Assembly (NCBI GenBank): GCA_030637025.1
Contig: DAOVVV010000025.1
Coordinates: forward strand, 1 to 38,799
DNA from: Clostridia bacterium
GTDB taxonomy: Bacteria; CBDUZB01; JAGLHV01
Length of the DNA: 38,799 nucleotides
Reading direction: 5' to 3'
Shown here piece by piece: positions 19,898 to 28,343 of the stretch (position 1 is the first letter of the stretch; the number at the start of each line of letters is the position of its first letter). The notes under the pieces were generated by a model. That model had not been told where the DNA came from and did not search any database. It saw only the letters and a program-made list of their open reading frames with translations. The translations under genes were made by a program, and so were the position numbers.

Positions 19898-20900
19898 ATC
19901 CCTTTGCTTTTAATTTCAATACCTTCCCTTTTTTATCGAGAAACTTTATTCCTTCTTTTTTACTTACAATTTCTCCTATAACCGTTACCCCTGAAATCTG
20001 TTTCTTTATTTTTTTTGTTTTTTCAGGTGAAGCAGTAAAAACCAATTCATAGTCTTCTCCCCCGAATAAAGCAAACTCTAACGGATTTTTTTTAAAAGCG
20101 CTACTTGTTTTTTTTAATCCACCGGACAGAGGAATAGAATCTGTATAAATTTTTGCTCCTACTTTACTCTGCCTGCTAATAAATTTTATTGATAAATCCA
20201 AACCATCACTACAATCAATCATTGCTGTAGCACATTTTGTCCGGGCAATAATCCTTGCTTCTTTTATTCTCGGCTCAGGAAGCAAAAAGCGGTTAATAAG
20301 ATATTTCTCATAACGATTAAAAAATTTCAGATGTTTGGGATTTTTTAACAACCTTAAACCAGCTCCTGCATCTCCTATTGTTCCGGTTAGTAAAATTTTA
20401 TCGCCCAACTTAGCGCCTGATCTGGTCACTAATTCTTTTTTTTCTATTTCGCCCAATACAGTTATTGAGATTACAAAAAAACAAGGTGAAGATACTGTAT
20501 CTCCACCGATAATTTTTACTCTATATTTCCCGGCTAAACTTTCTATTCCTCTATATAATTCCTCTATTTCCTTTACAGCAGTATCTTGAGGAAAACCTAT
20601 CGAGACCAGAGCATATAAAGGAATCCCTCCCATAGCCGCAATATCACTGAGATTACAAGCTAATGCTTTCCAGCCAATTTGTCTCAAGGAAGCTGTTTTT
20701 TTACTAAAATGTACTCCCTCTATTAACATATCCGTAGTGGCCAAAAAAGCTTTTCTTGAATCTTTGGCCACTACGGCTGCATCATCACCAACACCTAAAA
20801 TTAACCTTCTTTTATTATAATTCCGGTGTTTTTTACCATTCTCAATTACTTTTTTTATCTTTTCAATTAAATTAAATTCACCCAAAGAAGAAACTTTCAT
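19866..20900 (-). CDS. thiL: Thiamine-monophosphate kinase
   Basis: LGEFNLI, GVGDDAA, DMLIEGVHF, NLSDIAAMGG, IGGDT, IDCSDGL, GGEDYEL, GYEHF. Confidence 0.96.
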   Translation of the reverse strand: MKVSSLGEFNLIEKIKKVIENGKKHRNYNKRRLILGVGDDAAVVAKDSRKAFLATTDMLIEGVHFSKKTASLRQIGWKALACNLSDIAAMGGIPLYALVSIGFPQDTAVKEIEELYRGIESLAGKYRVKIIGGDTVSSPCFFVISITVLGEIEKKELVTRSGAKLGDKILLTGTIGDAGAGLRLLKNPKHLKFFNRYEKYLINRFLLPEPRIKEARIIARTKCATAMIDCSDGLDLSIKFISRQSKVGAKIYTDSIPLSGGLKKTSSAFKKNPLEFALFGGEDYELVFTASPEKTKKIKKQISGVTVIGEIVSKKEGIKFLDKKGKVLKLKAKGYEHFTDNPEF

Positions 20901-20938
20901 TAATTTATACCAAATTTCTTATTTATTTCTTCTTTTCC

Positions 20939-21169
20939 TTATTCTGAGTTAGTATCAGTTTTCTCTTCGCTTTTACTCTCTTCTTCTTCTTTTTTTGCCG
21001 CTCTCTCATCCTTTACACTACTTATTCCCGCAGCAACAGCAACTAAACCGCCTAATACAGCCATAAGAGGCAAAGAACCCTTTAGTACTATCCACAAATC
21101 CCCCGACCATACTATCACACCTAAAAGACCTACTACCAGAAAAACTAATCCTCCAATAATTGACAACAT
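20939..21169 (-). CDS. Small hypothetical membrane protein (2 TM helices, charged tail)
   Basis: 76-aa ORF with AGGAGGG RBS, two Gly-rich hydrophobic segments and a Glu/Lys-rich tail; promoter-like sequence upstream. Confidence 0.8.
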   Translation of the reverse strand: MLSIIGGLVFLVVGLLGVIVWSGDLWIVLKGSLPLMAVLGGLVAVAAGISSVKDERAAKKEEEESKSEEKTDTNSE

Positions 21170-21227
21170 TTTTTTCCCTCCTTTCTCTTCTTTAATTTTT
21201 TAAAAGATATAACTTATTTGTTTTTTT

Positions 21228-21256
21228 ATAATACCATTTAAAATAAAAAAAATCAA
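21228..21256 (-). promoter_or_regulatory. Sigma70-type promoter (extended -10) for the small protein-thiL-tsaE-dgc-tsaB unit
   Basis: Minus strand TTGATT (21256-21251), 17-bp spacer ending in TGG, TATTAT (21233-21228). Confidence 0.6.
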
Positions 21257-21280
21257 TATTTTTCCTGAAATTTTTAACTT

Positions 21281-21400
21281 TTAATTCAATGAGACTTAGA
21301 ATTTTTTCAGCTACGCTGACAAAAACTCTGTAGTCGAATTGATCCTGAGTGACCGTAGAAAGTCGAAGTGGCCCGCAGCAAGCTGCGGGATAGTTGATTC
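21281..21400. repeat. Repeat B, copy 1 (non-autonomous palindromic element, IS200/IS605-end-like)
   Basis: Matches the reverse complement of 34698-34805 (ttaattcaatgaga.ttaga...aaaaactctgtagtcgaattgatcctgagt.accgtag...tagttgattc); internal hairpin and GC-rich hairpin cccgcagc-aa-gctgcggg. Confidence 0.88.
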
Positions 21401-21421
21401 AATGTCCCTGTTTACTTTCTT

Positions 21422-21874
21422 TTAATTTCCTTCGGCTATGGCTTTTACTATATCAGCTTTTCCTACAATACCTACTATTCTATCTTGATCCATTACCGGA
21501 AAAAGATGCACCTGTTTTTCAGTCATTAAAGTAGCAATCTCACAAACGGATGTATCTTCTTTAATAGTAATTACTTCCTTGGTCATTATTTCTAACACGT
21601 TTTGAGCCATAATTTTTTTTAATTCGTCATCAAAATGTTTAAAATTTTCCAGATATATCAATCCCCCTAAGATATTTACTACCGTAGGAAAATGTATCTT
21701 TTTATCCTGGAAAATTAAATCATCTTCTGTTACTATCCCGATTAATTTGCCCTGTTTATTTATTACCGGAGCACCACTTATTTTTTGGGCCAATAAAAAA
21801 GAAGCCACATCGGAAATACTCATTTCCGGAGAAACCGTAAAAACTTTTTTAGTCATTATCTCTTTAGCTTGCAT
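21422..21874 (-). CDS. CBS domain-pair protein
   Basis: AKEIMTK, ISGAPV...LIGIVTEDDL, EIMTKEVITI, FPV...IVGIVGKADIV. Confidence 0.92.
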   Translation of the reverse strand: MQAKEIMTKKVFTVSPEMSISDVASFLLAQKISGAPVINKQGKLIGIVTEDDLIFQDKKIHFPTVVNILGGLIYLENFKHFDDELKKIMAQNVLEIMTKEVITIKEDTSVCEIATLMTEKQVHLFPVMDQDRIVGIVGKADIVKAIAEGN

Positions 21875-21893
21875 AAATTTTCTCCTTTATACT

Positions 21894-23480
21894 TTAATTT
21901 TTCAAACTTATCGCTTGCGGTATTTTACTAAGTAAATCACTTGCTATTAAACTCACTTCTCCCATTTCTCCGGCGGCAAAATCACCGGCTAACCCGTGCA
22001 AATACACTCCCACTCTTGCTGCCGCGGCTAAAAGTTCCTGCTCAGAAGAAAATTTTATTTGATTCGCTTTCCCCGTCATCTGTGCAACCAAACCGGCAAT
22101 CATTCCGGTAAGCACATCTCCCATCCCTGCCGAAGCCATTCCCGGATTACCGGTAGAATTCAAATAAAGCATATCTCCATCGGTAATAACTGTTTGATAA
22201 CCTTTAAGTAAACAAATCAAATTATATTTCCCGGCAAATTCTTGGGCTAATTTAATCCTTTCTTTTTGAATCTGCAAAGTATCTTTAGCCATTAATCTGG
22301 CTAATTCACCCGGATGAGGGGTAATGATTAATTTTGCCTTTGTTTTTTTCAGTATTTCCTTTCTTTCCGCTAATAAATTCAAAGCGTCCGCATCCAAAAC
22401 ACAGGGTATTTGAACATTTAAAAGTATCTTTTCTATCAATTCACCCATTTGACTATCTGTAGACAAACCAGGCCCCATTACTAATACAGAAATCTTTCGT
22501 TTATCTATAAAACTTATAATTTTTTTAAAACTTTTTAAAGGTAAAATCTTTTGGTTCATTGCCGGCAAAGGTAACGTCATTACTTCCGTTAACTTAACTT
22601 CCATTATGTGATTAAGGTTTTCGGCAATTGCCAGAGTAACCAATCCCGCCCCTATTCTAATTGCTCCCCGACAGGTTAACGCAGCTGCTCCGGTCATCCC
22701 AATAGAACCGGCCAAAACCAAAACATGCCCAAAATCATTTTTACATACATCTTTTTTTTCTCTTTGCGGGAGAAAATATTCTATTTCCCGCCGGTTCAGT
22801 AATTTTTCCCTAACTTTTACCTTTTCTACTATTGAAGAAGGAATACCTATATCTGCCACCCTTACTTCTCCGATAAAATTTCTTCCCGGAAATAAAAACA
22901 AACCCCTTTTAGGTAAGCCAAAAGTTATTGTTAAATGCGCACATATACAAAAATTAGTTACTTTACCTGTAGTGCCATTCACACCTGAAGGAATATCACA
23001 GGCAACAATAAATTTCTTTGAATTATTTACCTGCCTAAATAATTCTATCATAAAATCGGGTAAACCGGATTTTAAACCCGTACCAAATACAGCATCAATA
23101 ATCAAATCTACTTTCTCAATCTCATCTTTAAAACGATCTTTTATTACTCCATTATATTCTATAAAATCTATTTCCAGCTTTCTTGCTTTATCAAAATTGG
23201 TCTTTGCATTTTCGGATAACTCATCTATCCCAAAGAGTACCGCTACTTTTACCCTGCTCCCTTCTTCAAATAATTTACGGGCTATAACTAATCCGTCTCC
23301 TCCGTTATTCCCTTTACCGGTTAAAATTAAAACTTTTTTATTCTGTAGATTTAGAAATTTACTTTTTAATATTTTTACAAAATTTTCTCCGGCTCTTTCC
23401 ATCAAAATCAACCCCGAAGTTCCCTGAACAACACAATCTTCATCGATTTTTTTCATCTGCTCACTGGAAACAATTTTCAT
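21894..23480 (-). CDS. nnr: Bifunctional NAD(P)H-hydrate epimerase/dehydratase (YjeF)
   Basis: LMERAG, GKGNNGGDG, DAVFGTG, DIPSG, GHVLVLAGS..MTGAA, GPGL, LDADAL, TPHPGE, GMGDVL. Confidence 0.95.
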   Translation of the reverse strand: MKIVSSEQMKKIDEDCVVQGTSGLILMERAGENFVKILKSKFLNLQNKKVLILTGKGNNGGDGLVIARKLFEEGSRVKVAVLFGIDELSENAKTNFDKARKLEIDFIEYNGVIKDRFKDEIEKVDLIIDAVFGTGLKSGLPDFMIELFRQVNNSKKFIVACDIPSGVNGTTGKVTNFCICAHLTITFGLPKRGLFLFPGRNFIGEVRVADIGIPSSIVEKVKVREKLLNRREIEYFLPQREKKDVCKNDFGHVLVLAGSIGMTGAAALTCRGAIRIGAGLVTLAIAENLNHIMEVKLTEVMTLPLPAMNQKILPLKSFKKIISFIDKRKISVLVMGPGLSTDSQMGELIEKILLNVQIPCVLDADALNLLAERKEILKKTKAKLIITPHPGELARLMAKDTLQIQKERIKLAQEFAGKYNLICLLKGYQTVITDGDMLYLNSTGNPGMASAGMGDVLTGMIAGLVAQMTGKANQIKFSSEQELLAAAARVGVYLHGLAGDFAAGEMGEVSLIASDLLSKIPQAISLKN

Positions 23481-23568
23481 CTTTTACCTGAAACCTTTCT
23501 TTTTCTTCTGTCTTTCTAACTAACTTCCTGCTGTTTTTTATCAGATTAAAAAACACTTCTATTTTAGT

Positions 23569-23931
23569 TTATTTATCTACGACCCATAAAGCTTGAGCTA
23601 CTGCACAATTATGTGTATGAGAGAGCGAAATCAATATACGCCCTTCTTTCAAAGGAGATATTTCTTCACCAAAAACTACCTGCGGTTTTCCGCTTTTTTC
23701 GTTTTTTATCCCAATATTTTTAAAATTTATTTTCAAATTTTCCAATGCTTTTAAAACGGCCTCCTTAGCGGCAAAGCGTACTGCAAAATGTTCCCACTTG
23801 TTTTTCTTTCCCTGACAATACGCAATTTCTTCCGGAGTAAAAACTTTAGATATAAACCGTCCGTTTTTATTTATTATTTTTTTAATCCGTTCAACTTCCA
23901 CAACATCTATACCACAACCTTTTATTTCCAT
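23569..23931 (-). CDS. acpS: Holo-ACP synthase
   Basis: GCGIDVVEVERI, FTPEE, RFAAKEA, GKP, ISLSH; start moved to 23931 (GGAG RBS). Confidence 0.95.
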   Translation of the reverse strand: MEIKGCGIDVVEVERIKKIINKNGRFISKVFTPEEIAYCQGKKNKWEHFAVRFAAKEAVLKALENLKINFKNIGIKNEKSGKPQVVFGEEISPLKEGRILISLSHTHNCAVAQALWVVDK

Positions 23932-23973
23932 AATTATCTCCGGCAACACTCTATATTACAAGTTATATTAAAT

Positions 23974-25806
23974 TTACTCCACCGTAACACTTTTAGCTAA
24001 ATTTCTAGGCTGATCCACATCACACCCCCTCTTAAGAGCAATATAGTAAGCTAAAAACTGAAGGGGAATCACATTAAGAAAGGGAGTTAAAATCTCCAGG
24101 GTTTTTGGTAAATAAAAAACATCTTCCACTTCTTTGGCTATCTTGCGATCTCCCTTGGTAGCTAAAACAATTACTATTCCATCACGCGCTTTTACTTCTT
24201 TAATATTACTTAAAATTTTATCATAAACCTTTCCCTGATTAGCAATAACCAGTATCGGCATATTTTCATCAATAAGAGCAATAGGACCGTGCTTCATTTC
24301 TCCGGCGGCATATCCCTCAGCATGAATATAGGCAATTTCCTTTAATTTTAACGCCCCTTCCAAAGCTATGGGATAATTTACATTTCTGCCCAAATATAAA
24401 AAATCGCTTTTTCTAAAAAATCTATGCGCATAATCCCGAATAATATCCTGCATTTCTATTGTTTTTTCGATTTTTACCGGCAATTCAAGAAGAGCAGAGA
24501 TAATTTGTTTAATCCGAAGAATAGAAAGGCATTTTCTAAATTTAGCGAAATAAAGACCGAGTAAATACAAAACAACAAGTTGTCCCATAAATGCCTTAGT
24601 AGAAGCCACCCCTACTTCCAATCCACAGCGGGTATAAACGACATAATCACATTCTTGTGCTATTGATGAATCCATTACATTACATATAGCCAAAGTCTTT
24701 ACCTTCTTCTTTTTTGCTTCCCTTAAAGCCGCCAAAGTATCCGCAGTTTCTCCTGATTGGGTAACAACTACTACTAAATCACCTTTTCTTAACAGAGGAT
24801 TCCTATATCTAAACTCTGAAGCAAGATCTACTTCGCACGGTATTTTAGCAAAATCTTCCAGTACATATTTCCCAATTAAGCCGGAATGATAAGATGTTCC
24901 ACAAGCAACAATAAAAATCCTGCTTATTTCATCAATCTCTTCTTTTTTCCAACCAATTTCTTCCTCTAAAAATACACCCCCTTTTTCCAAACAAATCCGT
25001 CCCCGCAAAGTATCCCGAACTACATCCGCCTGCTCACAAATTTCTTTGAGCATAAAATGTTTATATCCGCCCTTTTCAGCCATCATTGGATCCCACTCAA
25101 TTGTTCGGCTATTTTTGTGAATTTCTCTATCACAAGAATTAAAAAATTTAACCCCTTTAAAATCCAAAATTGCTGTTTCTCCGTCTTCCAGAGAAATAAC
25201 CTTTTTAGTATAAGCTAAAATTGCAGAAACATCCGAAGCAATAAAATTTTCCTTTTCGCTTATTCCCACAATTAAAGGACTACCGTGCCTGGCAGCAACA
25301 ATCTTTCCCGGATATAGGGTGCTAATTACTCCTAAAGCGTAAGAACCCTTCAAATCTTTTACTGCACGCTGTGTCGCTTTTAAGAGGTCCCCCTTAAAAT
25401 ATTTTTCTATTAAATGAGCAATAACTTCTGTATCTGTATCCGAGTTAAATTTATGCCCTTCTTTGACTAATTTTTTCCTTAGGGTTAAATAATTCTCAAT
25501 AATACCATTATGCACAACAACAAAATTTCCTTTACAATCGGTATGGGGGTGAGCATTTTCCCGGGTTGGTTTTCCATGCGTAGCCCACCGGGTATGTCCT
25601 AATCCTATTTTTCCCCGAATAAGAAATTTTTGTAATTCTTGTTCCAGATTGATTAATTTACCTGCACAACGGTGTAAGATTAATTTATTCTTGTTTAATA
25701 CTGTAATTCCTGCTGAATCATACCCGCGGTATTCCAGCTTTCTTAACCCATTTATTAAAACAGGAACTACTTCTTTATTTCCCACATAACCAATAATACC
25801 ACACAC
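23974..25806 (-). CDS. glmS: Glutamine--fructose-6-phosphate aminotransferase
   Basis: N-terminal CGIIG, LEYRGYDSAG, GHTRWATHG, HNGIIEN, QSGETADT, ALKLKE, DQPRNLAKSVTVE; GTG start. Confidence 0.98.
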   Translation of the reverse strand: MCGIIGYVGNKEVVPVLINGLRKLEYRGYDSAGITVLNKNKLILHRCAGKLINLEQELQKFLIRGKIGLGHTRWATHGKPTRENAHPHTDCKGNFVVVHNGIIENYLTLRKKLVKEGHKFNSDTDTEVIAHLIEKYFKGDLLKATQRAVKDLKGSYALGVISTLYPGKIVAARHGSPLIVGISEKENFIASDVSAILAYTKKVISLEDGETAILDFKGVKFFNSCDREIHKNSRTIEWDPMMAEKGGYKHFMLKEICEQADVVRDTLRGRICLEKGGVFLEEEIGWKKEEIDEISRIFIVACGTSYHSGLIGKYVLEDFAKIPCEVDLASEFRYRNPLLRKGDLVVVVTQSGETADTLAALREAKKKKVKTLAICNVMDSSIAQECDYVVYTRCGLEVGVASTKAFMGQLVVLYLLGLYFAKFRKCLSILRIKQIISALLELPVKIEKTIEMQDIIRDYAHRFFRKSDFLYLGRNVNYPIALEGALKLKEIAYIHAEGYAAGEMKHGPIALIDENMPILVIANQGKVYDKILSNIKEVKARDGIVIVLATKGDRKIAKEVEDVFYLPKTLEILTPFLNVIPLQFLAYYIALKRGCDVDQPRNLAKSVTVE

Positions 25807-25850
25807 AATAGCTACTCCTTAAAACAAATATATTCTAAATACTAAATGTA

Positions 25851-26018
25851 AAAATAAAGGCAAAATGTGTTTTGAACGACTTAGCGAATTTTAACAAAAA
25901 TAGGCGTTAAAAAAATGAGCTTGTCTGAGCAAAGCGAGTTGCTCATTTTTAGCCTGTTTTTGTGTGCCCGCAGGGTAAAATTACGCGTTTAGAGAAAAAC
26001 ATATTTTGCCTTTATTTT
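25851..26018 (+). repeat. Repeat A, copy 2
   Basis: Terminal inverted repeat aaaataaaggcaaaatgtgtttt / aaaacatattttgcctttatttt (22 of 23 Watson-Crick, one G-T); nested stems as in copy 1. Confidence 0.9.
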
Positions 26019-26159
26019 CCCTGTTCCAACCCCAAATTCCAACTTTTTTTAAAACTCATTTTTTTATCTTTTATTTTTTAACTTTGTGACTTTCTTTTTT
26101 CTTTTAACCAATCTAAACTAATTTAACCAATTCAACTGTCTTTATTAACTGTCTTTATT

Positions 26160-27542
26160 CTATCTCTTTACGGCACTGGACAAACCTGCTAATCCTAAAA
26201 GATAAGCTAAATCTTCATCGTCAAAAGTTAAATTAAGCGTTGTACTAATTGTCTTTTGTTCCAGGAGATCTTCTCCGTTTATTCCCAAAGACCACCAATC
26301 AGTTATTTTAACTTTTCCACCTAAGTTTACCCATGCTTTAGTTTCCTGACCAACTTTTCTGGAAAAACGAAAGGCTTCAATGTTCAATATAATATTCCCA
26401 ATATTAAACGGATAGTAATTTATTCCTAATCCACCTGTGGAACGGATTAACCCTCCGTAAAAAGTAAAATGCCCAATCCTCTTCCCTATCTGGGCAGAAA
26501 AAGAATTTATTTTCTGGTCCCCTTCATCATAATCAGAGTCTTCTTTTTCAGCAATATTATTTACTGAAAAATAGTAAAACTTAGAGGGATTAGGTTCTAT
26601 CCTTATGCCTAAATCATTACGAAATTCTTCTTCATCTATATTATAGTGCAATCGATAATCCCAGATAGTTTTAAATCCGCCTATCCTCCTTAGCACCTTC
26701 TTAGCTTCTTTAGAAGCACTCTGTATATTACTTAAAGTTTTTTTCAAATTTTCTGCTGATTGTTCATCAGTAAGCAATTTTCCTATCACACCTTCTCCGT
26801 TTTCTATTTTCTTGCTTATCACCGAAAATGAATCCATAATATTTTCTAATTTTTCAGCAATACGGTCAAACCGCTGTATACTTTTCTTTACCGTTTCTCC
26901 GCTTTCACCGCTAATTTCTTTCAAATCAGCACTAAACTGTTCAATGTTTTTAGAAAGGTTACGAAAACTAATTATTGTCTCTCTTAAGTCATTTTCCGTT
27001 GGTCCTAAAGCCAGATTAATTTTTTTAGTAATATCCCTGGTATTATGCAATATTTCCGTAAAAGATTCCCCTAAAGCATCTTCTCCTTTTATAGATTCCA
27101 AAATACCCATTAATCCATCCAATCCTCCCATAACTCTATCCACCATTTTATCAAAACTTATGGGGTTAATCCCTTCAATCATATCCCCTTCTTTTAACAT
27201 CAATTTATCTTCCGAGCCTATGGTCATTTCCAAGTATTTCGTTCCAATAACCCCTGTAGAAATAATTCTCGCTTTAGTGTCACTATAGATTTTAATTTTA
27301 GAATTAATCCACACTCCGACAGATGCTTTATTCTTTACTAACTTAATTTTTAATACTTTTCCCACTTCTACCCCGGCAATTTTTACCGGGGCCTTTTCCG
27401 GAAGTCCGGCAATATCATCAAATAAAATACTAATTTTATACCCTTTTTGAAAATGAATATCTCCCAGAAAAACAACCACTAAGGACAAAACCATCCCCCC
27501 CGCTAAAACTAATAATCCTACTTTCGTTTCCTGACTAAGCAT
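26160..27542 (-). CDS. mlaD: MlaD/MCE-family lipid transport protein with helical stalk and probable C-terminal beta-barrel
   Basis: ETKVG + TM helix, MCE motif FDDIAGL...VKIAGVEVGKV...GVIGTKY, helical middle with G.GVIGKLL.D, C-terminal amphipathic beta-strand pattern. Confidence 0.88.
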   Translation of the reverse strand: MLSQETKVGLLVLAGGMVLSLVVVFLGDIHFQKGYKISILFDDIAGLPEKAPVKIAGVEVGKVLKIKLVKNKASVGVWINSKIKIYSDTKARIISTGVIGTKYLEMTIGSEDKLMLKEGDMIEGINPISFDKMVDRVMGGLDGLMGILESIKGEDALGESFTEILHNTRDITKKINLALGPTENDLRETIISFRNLSKNIEQFSADLKEISGESGETVKKSIQRFDRIAEKLENIMDSFSVISKKIENGEGVIGKLLTDEQSAENLKKTLSNIQSASKEAKKVLRRIGGFKTIWDYRLHYNIDEEEFRNDLGIRIEPNPSKFYYFSVNNIAEKEDSDYDEGDQKINSFSAQIGKRIGHFTFYGGLIRSTGGLGINYYPFNIGNIILNIEAFRFSRKVGQETKAWVNLGGKVKITDWWSLGINGEDLLEQKTISTTLNLTFDDEDLAYLLGLAGLSSAVKR

Positions 27543-27545
27543 TTT

Positions 27546-28301
27546 TTACTCCCTTATTTTCATTTTTATAGGACCTTCGCTATTACCATTAATAAACTGT
27601 TTAACTACAGGATTTTTAGTGTTCTTAATTATCTCTACCTGTTCTACTTCAATAATTCTCCCCTCATAAAGCATAGCCAAACGGTCGGAAACTTTATAAG
27701 CACTTACCATGTCATGGGTAACAACAATAGAAGTTATTCTCATTTCTTTCTGAAGATGTAAAATCATATCATTAATTATATCCGCCATAATAGGATCTAA
27801 ACCCGTAGTAGGTTCATCATACATTATATATTCAGGATTTAAAGCAATTGCCCGGGCTAATCCTACTCTTTTTTTCATTCCACCTGAAAGTTCCGCCGGT
27901 TTTAAATTTTCAATATCTTTTAAACCTACCATATGTAATTTTTCAGAAACAATCCTTTGAATTTCGCTTTCCTTCAAACGAGTCAATCTTTTTAATCCAA
28001 AAGCTACATTTTCCCCTACGGTTAAAGAATCAAATAAGGCTGCTCCCTGAAAAAGCATTCCGAATTTTTTTTGAACACCGGCCATTTTTTCCTCATTCAT
28101 ATTAATAATTTCTTCTCCATCTACTTTTATGCTCCCCTTATCCGGTTTAAGCAAGCCGGTAATATGCTTTAACAAAACACTCTTACCGCTGCCACTACCA
28201 CCCAGAATAGTTATCGTTTCTCCTTTTAAAATTTTAAGATCTATCCCTCGAAGAACTTTATTGTTTCCAAAAGTTTTATGTAAATTTACAATTTCTATCA
28301 T
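27546..28301 (-). CDS. mlaF: MlaF-type ABC transporter ATPase
   Basis: GGSGSGKS, FQGAALFDSLTV.ENV, LSGGMKKRVGLARA, YDEPTTGLDP, VTHD; start moved to 28301 (GAGG RBS). Confidence 0.93.
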   Translation of the reverse strand: MIEIVNLHKTFGNNKVLRGIDLKILKGETITILGGSGSGKSVLLKHITGLLKPDKGSIKVDGEEIINMNEEKMAGVQKKFGMLFQGAALFDSLTVGENVAFGLKRLTRLKESEIQRIVSEKLHMVGLKDIENLKPAELSGGMKKRVGLARAIALNPEYIMYDEPTTGLDPIMADIINDMILHLQKEMRITSIVVTHDMVSAYKVSDRLAMLYEGRIIEVEQVEIIKNTKNPVVKQFINGNSEGPIKMKIRE

Positions 28302-28343
28302 AAAATTGCCTCGTATAAACAATCTGCTTATCTCTCTTATTCA

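Noticed and set aside
21343-21370. Hammerhead ribozyme (CTGAG...stem...GAAG)
   Set aside because: Core reads CUGAGUGA/GAAG rather than CUGANGA/GAAA, and I could not find stems I and III with an NUH site
25807-26159. glmS ribozyme upstream of glmS
   Set aside because: No AGCGCC...ACGAGG-type core on the minus strand; the structured sequence there is repeat A, which also occurs upstream of unrelated genes
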